From positions 2,636,389 through 2,700,388 of the forward strand of contig CM121343.1 of assembly GCA_051530055.1 (NCBI GenBank): 64,000 bases of DNA. The letters run 5' to 3'. The translations under genes and the position numbers were made by a program. Positions 36,241-47,321 of this stretch are shown here, piece after piece. A model generated the notes under the pieces. It was not told the origin of the DNA and made no database searches. It worked only from the letters and a program-made list of their open reading frames with translations. The stretch comes from Neoechinorhynchus agilis. Lineage: Eukaryota; Animalia; Acanthocephala. Every line of letters starts with the position of its first letter. The stretch's first letter is position 1.

Positions 36241-36560
36241 TAAGGTTACCCATAAAATAACCAATTTTTGTAGATGTTTGAAGAGGTGGATTTTGCCCAC
36301 GAAATATTAAATAAAAAGATACTTCTCGGGGTTTGATCCGCTTAACAAGAATAATGTAATTACTGTTGCATTTTTCCTACAAGAAACTTTGTAGGGAACA
36401 GCTCTTTTTCTAGTTCCTGGTATTTCCGGCGGAAATGAGGTTTCCTATCAGCACGAAAGGTTAAAAATAAAATGGGCATTTTATCGGCAGATCGCTGTTC
36501 TTAATTATCCTTGAAATTTTTTTGCCAATAGTTGGTTTAACAGAATAGGCATTTCACCAC

Positions 36561-36612
36561 TTTTTTAGAACTGATGATGAGCCCGACGAGGTTCGAAACG
36601 TATTTAATAAAA
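36561..36612 (+). ncRNA. Best-preserved Penelope-type minimal type I hammerhead
   Basis: CTGATGA (36571-77), T, stem II GAGCC/GGTTC around CGACGA, GAAA (36595-98), palindromic CG, cleavage triplet GUA (36600-02), weak AT-rich stem I. Confidence 0.7.
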
Positions 36613-37626
36613 AAATTATTTAAAAGGACCAGCAATCGATGATCGTTTATTGGAAATCGAATATTCAAGATAAAATATTGTTCCCTGGCGCCAGCGGACT
36701 ATTATTCGCTAGAAAACTAAGAATTTCTTCTGCCAGCGGCAATTTGACTCGCCGACACGTTCACATAATTTTTTATCCGCTTTACTGAGGTTCAATGGGT
36801 TATTGAGCAAATAGCGTATGCAAGAATACGCTGCGAATTCATCTCAATGAGAGGAAAATTTTGATAACGAGCCTGCCACGATGATAGCAGGCAAATCAAA
36901 ATAGAGAAAGAGAGCGTTAAATCTCAAATAATGTTTTTCTAGGAAGAAGGTGCAGCAATAAATGAACGTGCTTCTCATTTTCAATAAAGATGAACGAGTA
37001 AAACAGCGGACTTTCTGAAAATATACATTTGCAAATCTGTTATGTAAAACGTTTTGACTTCGAAACTTTGAGCGATATGATTATCACTACAAATCGCCCT
37101 GATTCGCCATCTAAATTTATTTCCATCTCTGCTCATTTTTGTGGAGAAAAAGGATGATAGTGGCAAAGAATGGTTCCGACATTTCAGAGCAGATTATGAA
37201 GAGCTGCCCGCGGTCTAAACCCCAATTTTTGAAAAAGATTTCATTCGTACAAAACCGAAAGGCAGTTTATATCTCACAGTAAAATAACTACGATTGTATG
37301 TCGACATGTAGATAGAATTTCAAATGTGGAATATTACAATTAATATCACTTTATTTTGGTAGCTACAACACCTCGTATTCAAACTGACTAATTTATTAAC
37401 GATATTTCACGTAGGACAATTCCGACATTTCTCCAAGATTTGTCATTGTAAATTAATCTAATCGATTGATTAATTATCGGTAATAAATTAGTCAGTGTTA
37501 GAACTACCAAAAGAAGGTATTGAATTTTAAATTGGAGTTTCACTCACATAAATTAGATTCACTTATTAATACAATTTTAATTTCCATCTTGCTATTGATG
37601 TGAAAAAAGATCTTGAGGGCAATTAT

Positions 37627-39040
37627 TCAAATATTGACTTCACTTCTTCGCCGTCCGATTGCAACTAGGCTTCTGGACCGTGAAGATTCGTGATTGTTCA
37701 TCATAATGCATTTTTTCCAGCTTCTTAAGGTTTTTGGGCACCAAATCCAACTGGATGAAGCGATTGCGACCGTGAGTATAGAAACGTGTTTGAGTAAGAC
37801 GACATTTTCGAAAGCGAATGGATTAAAGTTGCAAACCACTACGACGAAGGATGGGACAAGATAGAGGACGGAGAATATTCCAATCCTGAACATGAGTGCT
37901 TCCAACTTCCGTGCTCCGGAGTCGTGTTTTATGATAGTTCTTGTTCGAAAGAGGCTTGCGAATCCGAGTAGAAGAAATACACATGAGCCCATTAGATGGA
38001 TAACATGAATGGCTGATAGGACCGTATGGACCGAAGATTTCGGCACAGTTGTGCAAATGTAGTTTAAGGGATCGAATTGGATTTGATTGGGGTTCGATGA
38101 AGTCATCCATACGATTATTACGAGCGCCAGAGGGAATAAAACGATGAAAATGCGGATCCACCTTGTGAATCGTCCGATTGCTTCGTGGCTCCATTTAAGT
38201 GAGGCAGCGAGGAACCACGTAAGTCCGAGACAGGTGAACCAAATCGAGCCACTTATCCAGGAGCTTTGGATTGAAATGAACGTGGACGCACAGTGGAATT
38301 TGGATAATTCAGAATTATCACGGTTGAGATGTCTATTGAATATTCCACTGATGATATAGGTCAAGGCCAAAGGAACATACATGAGGCACATTACGCAAGT
38401 ACAGAGTTCTGGGTATCTGAACCGGCGTCGATCAATCATATACACCTGATTGAACTTAATTTAGTAGTTGAAATGCAAACTCCCCTTCTTTTGATGAGAA
38501 AAGTTCAATCTTCGGTTAGCTGCTGAGCGTAATCGCGCTTGAGATGAGTGTAAGAGACGACATTACCAATAGGAACTTCTGATGTTCTTTGATTGAATTA
38601 CTAGACAGTTGCAGATTGTTAGGTCGTTCGTCGAATGACAATGATTGATCAGTAGTCAAAATGTCATCTTCTGGTGGCTGAAAGCAAGTGCTTGCGTCCC
38701 GAAGAAGACTCCGACACTCATGAAGATTTGGACATAGTCGGAGACAAAAGGACAAACATGGAAGCAGAACAATTGGATCACCTTCCTCCGATTCAACGTT
38801 TGTACATACAGGAGCCAATAATGAGCATAAAACCAATTTGGATTTACATTGACGATCTTCAGCGAACTTATCAAACATCTCACTCACCTCCATTTGATTT
38901 CTATGCATTAAAACGTTTGGCATTCTTGTTGAGTTCCATGGCATTTGCAAGCATTGGGGAACTCGAAGCGGCTCACATTGACCAAGTGCGTCCGGAACAC
39001 TCACAAACCAAATAAGTGCGTTTAGTAATATAAAGACCAT
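37627..39040 (-). CDS. FZD: Frizzled family Wnt receptor (streamlined), split by one TA-flanked insert
   Basis: Signal peptide from ATG at 39040, 10-Cys CRD (CEPL..C..MPWN.T.MPN), IDRRRFRYPE, TWFLAASLKWSHEAI, KLEALMFRIGIFSVLYLVP, C-terminal KTLRSW. Confidence 0.93.
38441..38518 (-). other. TA-flanked 76-nt hairpin insert at the end of frizzled TM1
   Basis: TA at 38517-18 and 38441-42; removal gives I-T-L-S-S-Y-M-I-D, the same length as consensus F-T-V-L-T-F-L-I-D. Perfect 10-bp IR at 38448-57 and 38501-10. Confidence 0.82.
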
Positions 39041-39467
39041 ACTCACAACATAACCCGGGCCAATTCCTTCGAAAATAACACTCACAAACTCACCACTACC
39101 ACCACCACTAAGCCAAGTATTGGCCTTTTGCCACTGGTGTACACGGAAGAAACCATCTATAAATACCAAATTTATTGTTGCGTCGACATCCACTTTTGGC
39201 GCCGTGTTTGGATTCCTTTATGAAATAAATACCAATATCCAACGGCATGTCCGGTCGAAGACGCGTAAGTGGGAGTCTTATTTCCGCAATGGCTTCTTCC
39301 GATAGCAATTTCACAAACTCGATCTAGACTCGTCAATTAGAACCTCGACGACCTAGAAAATTTAGAACGGAATAAGGTAATGTCACAGTCACGTATTTTT
39401 TCCATTTAAAACGCATCCCGTTTCCACCAAAACACAAAAGTGTTCCATTTGGAAAATCTCCAAAAGG

Positions 39468-40100
39468 ATGACGAATTTTATGAATTCGAGCTTTTTTATA
39501 TTTCTTCCGTGTCGCTGCCATCAACAGATATTCTTCTTTATTCAAACTTTAGAGCGGCGTTTTATTGCTTAAACCACTCACCAAATCTCTAATATGATGA
39601 CGTATTTTTTGAATTCGAGCTTATTTTACATTTCTTCCATGTCGCTGACATCAGAAGATATTCCTCTGTACGTTGGCGAATCCTGTCACCGGTGTTGTCG
39701 TTTCGCAAGTAAATAAATGAGTACCGATAACACCGGGGACAGGATTCGCCAACGTACAATCAAATTTATCCCGAGGACAATGATATGTGACATATTCCTC
39801 TGTATTCCAAATTCAGAGTACACCAACAGCGTGGAATTTTATTGTTTAAACCCCTTACTAAATATCTAATATGATGACGCTTATTTGAATTCGAGCTTTT
39901 TTACATTTCTTCCGTGTCACGACCATCAAAAGATATTCCACTGTATTCAAAATTTAGAGTACATTAGCAACGTGACATTTTATTGCTTAAACCCCTTACT
40001 AAATCTCTAATATGATGACGTTTATTTGAATTCGCGCTATTTCTACATTTCTTCCATGTCGCGACCATCAAAAGATATTCTTCTTCACTCGGATTTCAGA
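39468..40100. repeat. Four degenerate copies of a roughly 130-140 bp unit between the divergent frizzled and CCT4 genes
   Basis: Recurrent ATGACG..TGAATTCG(A/C)GC..TTTCTTCC(A/G)TGTC..CATCA..AGATATTC at about 39468, 39595, 39871 and 40012. Confidence 0.85.
39671..39754. mobile_element. 84-bp TA-flanked mini-MITE with 30-bp TIRs
   Basis: TA|CGTTGGCGAATCCTGTCACCGGTGTTGTCG-24 nt-CGATAACACCGGGGACAGGATTCGCCAACG|TA; TIRs 28/30 identical. Confidence 0.88.
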
Positions 40101-40110
40101 GTTCCGTACA

Positions 40111-41736
40111 ATGCAGCTTTTGCAGAGGATGCCTATGGATGAACCGGCGAGTTCTCAGAAACAAATGTTCGGTGTTCAACGAAAAACGGCGGATATCCGC
40201 GAGGGGAATATCGCAGCGGGTAAATCAGTGAGTGATGCCATACGTACGAGTCTCGGTCCGCGTGGCATGGATAAAATGATTGTGAATCACGATGGTGATG
40301 TAATGATTACGAATGATGGGGCTACCATTTTGAAAAAAATGCATTTGGTTCATCCTATAGGAAAGATGCTTGCTTCATTGAGCCGTGCTCAGGATTCTGA
40401 GGCTGGGGATGGTACTACAACCGTAGTCATTCTCGCGGGATGCCTTTTAGAAGCAGCGTCAGGCGTACTGAGCAACGGTGTTCATCCAACAGTTGTCAGT
40501 GAATCGTTTACATTGGCTGCTTCAAAAGCGGTTGAAGTATTGACGGATATGAGTATTGGCATTGATTTGGAAGATCGTACATCTTTGCTCAAGAGTGCAA
40601 TGACGGCTCTGAGTTCAAAAGTGGTCAGTCAGAACAGTGAGTGCTTAGCAAATATAGCCGTGGATGCCGTAATGAAGGTGATGAAGGATAATGATGCCAA
40701 CATCGACGATGTTCACATTCATAAGAAACTCGGAGGTACTTTAGACGACACTAGTCTTGTTGACGGATTTATTCTGGATCACGATGTAGCCGGATTCGGT
40801 GGTCCGAATGTTGTGGAAAACGCAAATATCGCTCTCATTCAGTTCTGGCTGAGTGCACCAAAGACGGATATTGAACACAGTGTTGTGATTAGCGATTACA
40901 CCCAATTGGACCGGGCTTTACGTGAAGAAAGGCAATATATACTTGGGATGGTTAGAGACATAAAGAAAGCTGGATGTAATGTTTTACTTGTCCAGAAATC
41001 AATTCTGAGAGAAGCTACGACTGAGTTGGCTTTACAAATGCTCGCTAAGGCGAAAATAATGGTGATTAGAGATATTGACCGGTCTGACGTGGATGAAATC
41101 TGTAGAGCACTCGGATGTATTCCAATCGCGAGCATTGATCATTTTAAAGCTCATTCGTTTGCCCGTGCTGATCTCGTGGAAAGGATTGAAGGCGAAGCTG
41201 GAGGTAAGAGAATGGTCAAGTTTAGTGGATTAAAAAGAGCGATTGGTGCTGGCCATCCAGTATCAATCATTGTCAGAGGATCAAACCGTCTTGTTTTGGA
41301 CGAAGCAGAACGTAGTCTTCACGACGCATTGTGCGTGGTCCGGTGTTTAGTGAAACAACAAGCGCTCATTGTCGGTGGAGGAGCACCGGAAATCGAAATG
41401 GCAGTGAAACTGCATGACTATGCGCTTAATCATCTAGAAGGCGCTCAACAATACGCCGTGCGAGCATTTTCTGACTCTTTGGAAACGATTCCTTACACTC
41501 TGGCTGAAAACGCCGGTCTTAACGCTGTTGAAGTCGTCACCGCTCTGAGAGGAGCTCATGTCAGTGGAAACAAAAACGTCGGTATCAGTGTTAGACGGCA
41601 TGGAATAGGAAATATGCTCGATGAATCCGTAATTCAGCCTTTACTATGCAGCACCAGCGCAATCTCCCTTGCTACGGAAGCTGTAACTCAGATTCTTAAA
41701 ATCGATGGCGTCCTTTTAGCTGAGCGACTTGGATGA
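40111..41736 (+). CDS. CCT4: T-complex protein 1 subunit delta (CCT4), intronless
   Basis: 541-aa ORF with AIRTSLGPRGMDKMI, ITNDGATIL, GDGTTTVV and the CCT4-specific SAPKTDIEHSVVISDYTQLDRALREERQYIL. Confidence 0.97.
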   Translation: MQLLQRMPMDEPASSQKQMFGVQRKTADIREGNIAAGKSVSDAIRTSLGPRGMDKMIVNHDGDVMITNDGATILKKMHLVHPIGKMLASLSRAQDSEAGDGTTTVVILAGCLLEAASGVLSNGVHPTVVSESFTLAASKAVEVLTDMSIGIDLEDRTSLLKSAMTALSSKVVSQNSECLANIAVDAVMKVMKDNDANIDDVHIHKKLGGTLDDTSLVDGFILDHDVAGFGGPNVVENANIALIQFWLSAPKTDIEHSVVISDYTQLDRALREERQYILGMVRDIKKAGCNVLLVQKSILREATTELALQMLAKAKIMVIRDIDRSDVDEICRALGCIPIASIDHFKAHSFARADLVERIEGEAGGKRMVKFSGLKRAIGAGHPVSIIVRGSNRLVLDEAERSLHDALCVVRCLVKQQALIVGGGAPEIEMAVKLHDYALNHLEGAQQYAVRAFSDSLETIPYTLAENAGLNAVEVVTALRGAHVSGNKNVGISVRRHGIGNMLDESVIQPLLCSTSAISLATEAVTQILKIDGVLLAERLG

Positions 41737-41877
41737 AGATCTTACGTTCAGTTGTTTTCAAACGGCATAAATAAAAAAATTGGGACTTCGATCACTTTCG
41801 CCGGATGACCAGGGTCGTATCTCAATTTTTAGAGACGATTTTTATTTGAAGAAAAACTGAAATATTGGTTTTTTCAA

Positions 41878-42941
41878 TCAGAAATCTTCTCCTTTTTGGA
41901 AAGCTACAATAATGTCTTTATATCGTCCTTCGAAATATGAATCAACTTTATTTCCTCTTAGTTTTGGCCAGCAAATGAACTTCATAATATCCTTGAATAT
42001 AATAATGTCTTGTTCGCCGTGCATTCTGAAGTATTGTATCAAGAATTTCATAGCGCTTTCTTCATTGCGGAACAGGCCTTTGTCTTGTAAACAATCTCTG
42101 ATCTTATCCAAGCTCAGTTGGTATAGAAAATTTATTTTGAAAATGTCAATCTTTTGATCTCTTACTTCCTTTCTAACTTCACGTTCTACCCGAGTAATCT
42201 TAAATTGCTTTGCCAAAAAAAAGCATTGCATAGGATACTGGTTTTGACTGTTGCGGATGAATTCAATGCACTTTTTATAGAATCGATTAATATGAAGTTC
42301 CTTGGCAGCAACCATTAAGCTGGATACGTTTTCTATGTCGATCTTGCATGCTCGTTTGTATAAGAAATCGAGACAACCTAAGAGTCCACCGTGATCGGAT
42401 GAATTGAGCTCTATAACCAGAACAAAGTTAATGTCTAAGGACCTAAGCTTCTTCCTAAAGAGAGATTTCGTATCAAGGAAGTGTTGAAAACTTGCACTTA
42501 CCGCAAATAAGGACTTTCTCCGTATAGCAATGTCCGATGGCATCCATAATCCGTTCCTTTTACTCGTATAATCATATCCATCATTCGATGCTCACGCTTC
42601 ATCACTTGCAGGAGCGCATGCTGATGAATTTGATTGGTTGAACGGTCACCTAACTGGAGAATTATCTCCTCTTGTTGCGCAGGATTATACTCGTTATCGA
42701 TAATCTTTCCATCCGGCTGCCTTCGATACTTGTCAAGTGAAATAGTTCCAATCAAATTCTCTGTTATCGGGTCCATGGGCAACTTATCCGCCTTAAGCGG
42801 CTTGTTATCAGTGAACTTGTAACGGGGTGGCAGATCGATTGCTATCATATTTTCGAGGTCCACTTTATTCTTTGATGGTTTTCGCGACGTTCGTGTAACT
42901 CTTGTTTTCCTCTCCGGCTGTGCTGCTTTTCGACTTGGCAT
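41878..42941 (-). CDS. BTB/POZ(-BACK-like) domain protein
   Basis: DMIIRVKGTDYGCHRTLLYGESPYLR (GT-AG intron) KKL..CLDFLY..IDIENVSSLMVAAKELHINRFYKKC fits the BTB pattern. Confidence 0.8.
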
Positions 42942-43573
42942 TGGTTTCCTAGATCAACCTGTGCTTAAACCGCATCCGTTGTCATAGTGATATGGGTGCT
43001 TTTTTGAACATATATTTGATGTTTTTTCGAACCGCAATTTCTTAACACCGAAGGTCAATGAGATCTTTACAAATTAAATTTTATGCTTATCCGCTTCTTA
43101 ACAATCCACAAACTCACTATTTTGAAAAACTTTATTAATTTTTTAAATCGAATATTCTAAAATTTTGCGACTTTTCTCTTTGTTGGTGATTTTTTGAGGC
43201 AGTTGATAATTTTGCTTTTTGAACTCAAAAAGATTCACGAATTTATTATTCCCCGGAAAGATTCAATATACAAACGTTCACATTAAGCGGCTAGCACTTT
43301 TCTGAAGTCGCTTAAGCGGAAACACAACCATTAAGTTTACGTCTATGATACAGCAATTGGTGATTTATTTGCTTCTAGGAAATTTTATAGAAAATTCTGA
43401 CACTAATTGGATTTTGATTCAATTTTCTAGCTTTTATTCGAGATGAGTTCTCCCATTTCATACATCTTTGTTATTATGGAAAAAAAAATTATTTAATTAC
43501 AAAACTGCAGTAAATTTCCATTAAAAAAAGGATAACTCGAGTTTGAAATTGAGAAACTAAAACTTTCACCGGT

Positions 43574-43880
43574 GTGGAGATTGACGCAACATGCGTCGAT
43601 ACGCTGGCAAATAGCAATATAACGACCGCTAAATTAGGCGCAGGAGCCGCGGCAACGAGAGCGGAGGAACGTAAGACCGCAAAGTATCATGAGTTAGCCT
43701 CTCAGTTTTTGTCCCTGCCCTTCGGAGTCGAGACTTACGTGGCATTTGGAAAGGCCGCAGCGGAATTCGTGATCCAACTGGGGGACGTGTCACGAAAGAG
43801 CAGCACTCAATCACTTTCTTGCGACAAAACTTGAGTCTGGCGGTCCAGCGTGGGAACACTGCCAGCGTCCTGATGACATG
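43574..43880 (+). mobile_element. 3' fragment of an RLE-type (CRE-like) non-LTR retrotransposon
   Basis: DATCVDTLA..AGAAATRAEERKTAKY..PFGVETY..FGKAAAEFVIQLG..FLRQNLSLAVQRGNTASVL with one frameshift. Confidence 0.8.
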
Positions 43881-43975
43881 AAGGAGCCTAATGTAATGTA
43901 AAGAATTAAAGTAGATTCAAAATTTTTAACTTTTAAATTCACAATTTATTTGATATTTCTTGGACAATTATATCT

Positions 43976-44556
43976 CTAACCCATACCCAGTAGTATAATT
44001 TCAATTATCTCCATCGTTAATCCAAAAGTTGCCGATAAAATTGGGTTTTTCATTTTTTCCTTTAGATATTCCTTGAATTCAATATCTTTTGCTCTTTTGC
44101 ACAAATAAATTGTCAACATTGGCCATAAATAAAGCGGAATCTGTAAAAGAACATAGTTGAATTTCAAGAGGATAATCCAATTATGTAAGCCAATAAGCAG
44201 AGATTAAGGCTCAATAATCCACAACATAAAGGTAGGTTAAGTTGAATGCGGCTTGAACATAAGTTTAAAAATACCATTGAGAAGATAAACATGAACAAAC
44301 CGAGGATTATTAGAGGACTAATAAGGTTAAGTTTAAGAAATTCGTCGAAGTATCCCAATGAAGTACCAAGCGAAGATAAACTGTCATTTTCTCTTCTTAA
44401 ATCCAAATTGAAGTAGCAAGTGTATCCGACTGTAGCTGTAGCTGCGAGAATTATAAAAATATTGATCAGTCGGTTAATGACCACTAAGCACTTTCGAAAC
44501 ATTGATTTTTGATAACGTGGACTGTGGTCACGTTTGAAAACGCCATTCGTGCTCAT
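43976..44556 (-). CDS. Small multi-pass membrane protein (tetraspanin-like hydrophobic spacing), two ORF blocks
   Basis: Three hydrophobic segments in ORF 44164-44556 and one in ORF 43976-44167; the junction has an AG acceptor but no GT donor. Family not recognised. Confidence 0.45.
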
Positions 44557-45659
44557 TTACGTGGACTTTAAATGTCGTTAGATTGTCGGATGCGGAAATT
44601 ATGATCCGGAAAGGGAATACTAAGAAATTCATCTTGCGGTTTTAAAGATGTTATGTTTTTCAACCAAAATAAGTAGAGTATTTATGGTCGATTGAACATT
44701 TTTTAAAGGATAGTTGAATGGTCTTAATGGTTTTACCAATAATTTAGCCATATCCGAATATTGACCGAAATGAACCTAAAGATAGACCCAAGCTCTCCTA
44801 CAAACAATAATCGTTAACTTTCCCACCCAACCGAACCCGTAATCCACTCCGAAATCAACAAAACTGACCTAAAGGTAAACGTGATATTATAAATCCATTC
44901 AAATTCGCCCATAGTCGCTGGTCTACCTGTTTTCCCTGAGTTATAGACGAGATTCTAAAGAAAATCCGCAAAGATGAAAGCATTTTCTGAAGCTATAGGA
45001 TTTTCGTCGTTCTCGAAAAAAAGGTTCACGGTGAATTCTTTAAATTAGTACAACGAGGCAATGCTGCCAGCGTGATAGCGACAGCCGATGAAGGAGAGAA
45101 GCTCCAAATTTGCGGACGGTGGTGATTGCATGTTTTGTACTTTATTATGTTCTACAAATAAAAGTTCAAATCATCAAAAAAATTTTTTCCTGTAATCTCT
45201 TAGGTGATTTAATCATCGAATATATTCGTGATTTGTGAGCTTTTGTAATTTTTGAAATAAGATGATTTTAATCGCGCCTTAAACACTTTTGGTGCTCCTT
45301 TCGTGTAAACTGAGACCCTTGGGAGATTTTAGCTTATGATAAACGTTAATTAATTTCCTTCCCTTTTGATATTTGATTATTGGTGCATCCGTTAATTTTG
45401 CATTCTTACCTTTTTGCATGATATGTAATTGTAAGGACTGCAAAGGGATTTTCTGCCGTTAAAGGAGTTTAGCGAATTGTTACATTGAGTTATGAGCACA
45501 TTCGATCTATTTTATCATTGCTTAAAAACGAACGAGCCATCGACTATTCGAATACTGAATAGAAATATGAAAAACTATTGTTAATGCTTCTTGTAAAAAT
45601 GAAATTGATTGTTTTTTTTAGATTTTTTAATCTGATAAAGCACTTTGATTTACTATGTC

Positions 45660-47321
45660 GGATTATCTTTAATTGCCCGATTAGTGAAGAGGAAGCTAAA
45701 AGACAGATTTGGAAACCAACTTACCTTTAATTAAGCTGATCTCGAGGGACCGTAATTGACGTTTAGAAATAAAAATACGATAAAGGACTTCAAGATGTTG
45801 CAGTTTTTGGTATCACAAAATATCAAATTTTATCGTTGAACAATAATTCACTTTGGTAAAATATTGCACGATAAATATTTTTATTGAACGCTGGCATAAT
45901 CGCATAGTTCAGTCAAGGCTGATTTAAGATGTTTGTAAGCTTTTTGCGATTTATTGTGATCATACTCGTCCAATGAGACTTTTAACTTCGATAAACTTTT
46001 CTTTAAATCTTCAATCCGCTTGTTAATATCCAATATTTGTTTGTTTAACTTTAAACACTCGTTTTCTAATTCGTTCTTAGCCAAATCTAAAGATTTTATT
46101 AGAAAAATGAAGAACTAGCCGAGAAAAACCTTGAATGGCATCAGCGTTTACGGGAACCATTCGTTTCTTTGAGACATCAACTTCTACGTAATCAACGATC
46201 CTTTCGAACTCCACAATCAAAGTACTAGCCAATGACCTGATTGTTTCGTTTTTCCTACCTATAATCCACGAATGCGACGTTTCCTTTCGTTCCTTGACGA
46301 CTTTAAGCAACTCAATGTATTTCTTGTACTCATGTTGTAACGCATGCAGCGTTGTGCATTGGTTAAGATACCTTTGCTTCAATTCATCTGTTTCAGTCAC
46401 AATCTTCATTAGTCCTAAGAAACTTAATTGATGCCGTCGATTAGATTAACACACACACACACAAATGTGGACAATGCGAGTTTTATCGTTTTGAACACAA
46501 AAAGACTTCACTCACTTTGCATGCGAATCACGTTCACCGCGAACTTCCGAAACATGCTAAAAACCACTACCAATGCTTTGCAGTTTGTCTTCACTTAAAC
46601 AGGAATCTCAACAGCCTGAGAACATCTCGAGAGATTTTGCAACTCAAGCTTCTTGTCGGAATACCTCTTAGACACGAGAAACAAGACGCTTTAGAACCGT
46701 CCTCTAGTATAGTATCATTCCATTCAAGTTGAAGAAATTGTCAAATCAGTTGGAAAAGACGCATTAGCACCTCCTTTTCTCTTACCGAACAACAACAAGC
46801 GAAACTAAAAACGCATTTAATCAGTTTAAGACTGCAGCCAAAGGCTAGTCGACGACATTAAACTGCAAAAATCTTCCCTTTTTTGTCGATTTTAGTTGAA
46901 AAACAAGGTAAATTCCGAACTTTGTAAGCAGATCAATGCAGCGTTCCATTTACATGGAAACAATGAAGAAATAAAAGCAATAGACGACAGCGAAAATGCT
47001 AGAAGCTCATTAAAAGTACACTATAAATGCAATAGGCTTTCATTCTTAGTCCCAGGCGCATAACTTAACCCTTTCACAGTAACATCAAAGTTCCTATAGA
47101 AAAAACACAAGCCATTTGCTTGATCATGGTACATGATTTATTTGAAACAACTTGTCGAGAATTTCAGTAGATGCTTAATGCCTACTTCATGAATATAATG
47201 GAACGCTTCATTCTTTACAGAACTGCTAATGGTGACTAGAATTCAGTTATTTAATGCTCTTTTCATCTAAGCTGAAACTACCTTCTTCAATTTTATGCCT
47301 CGGTAAATTATCGTTGTTCAT
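45660..47321 (-). CDS. Multi-exon coiled-coil protein of unknown function; both ends uncertain
   Basis: ORFs 46077-46409 and 45881-46084 join by a canonical GT-AG intron; further spliceable exons upstream (possible ATG 47321) and downstream (LQHLEVLYRIFISKRQLRSLEISLIK). Confidence 0.45.

Noticed and set aside
42498-42543. Overlapping ORFs in the BTB gene suggesting a frameshift or TA insert
   Set aside because: Resolved by a canonical phase-2 GTAAGT..CTTTAG intron.
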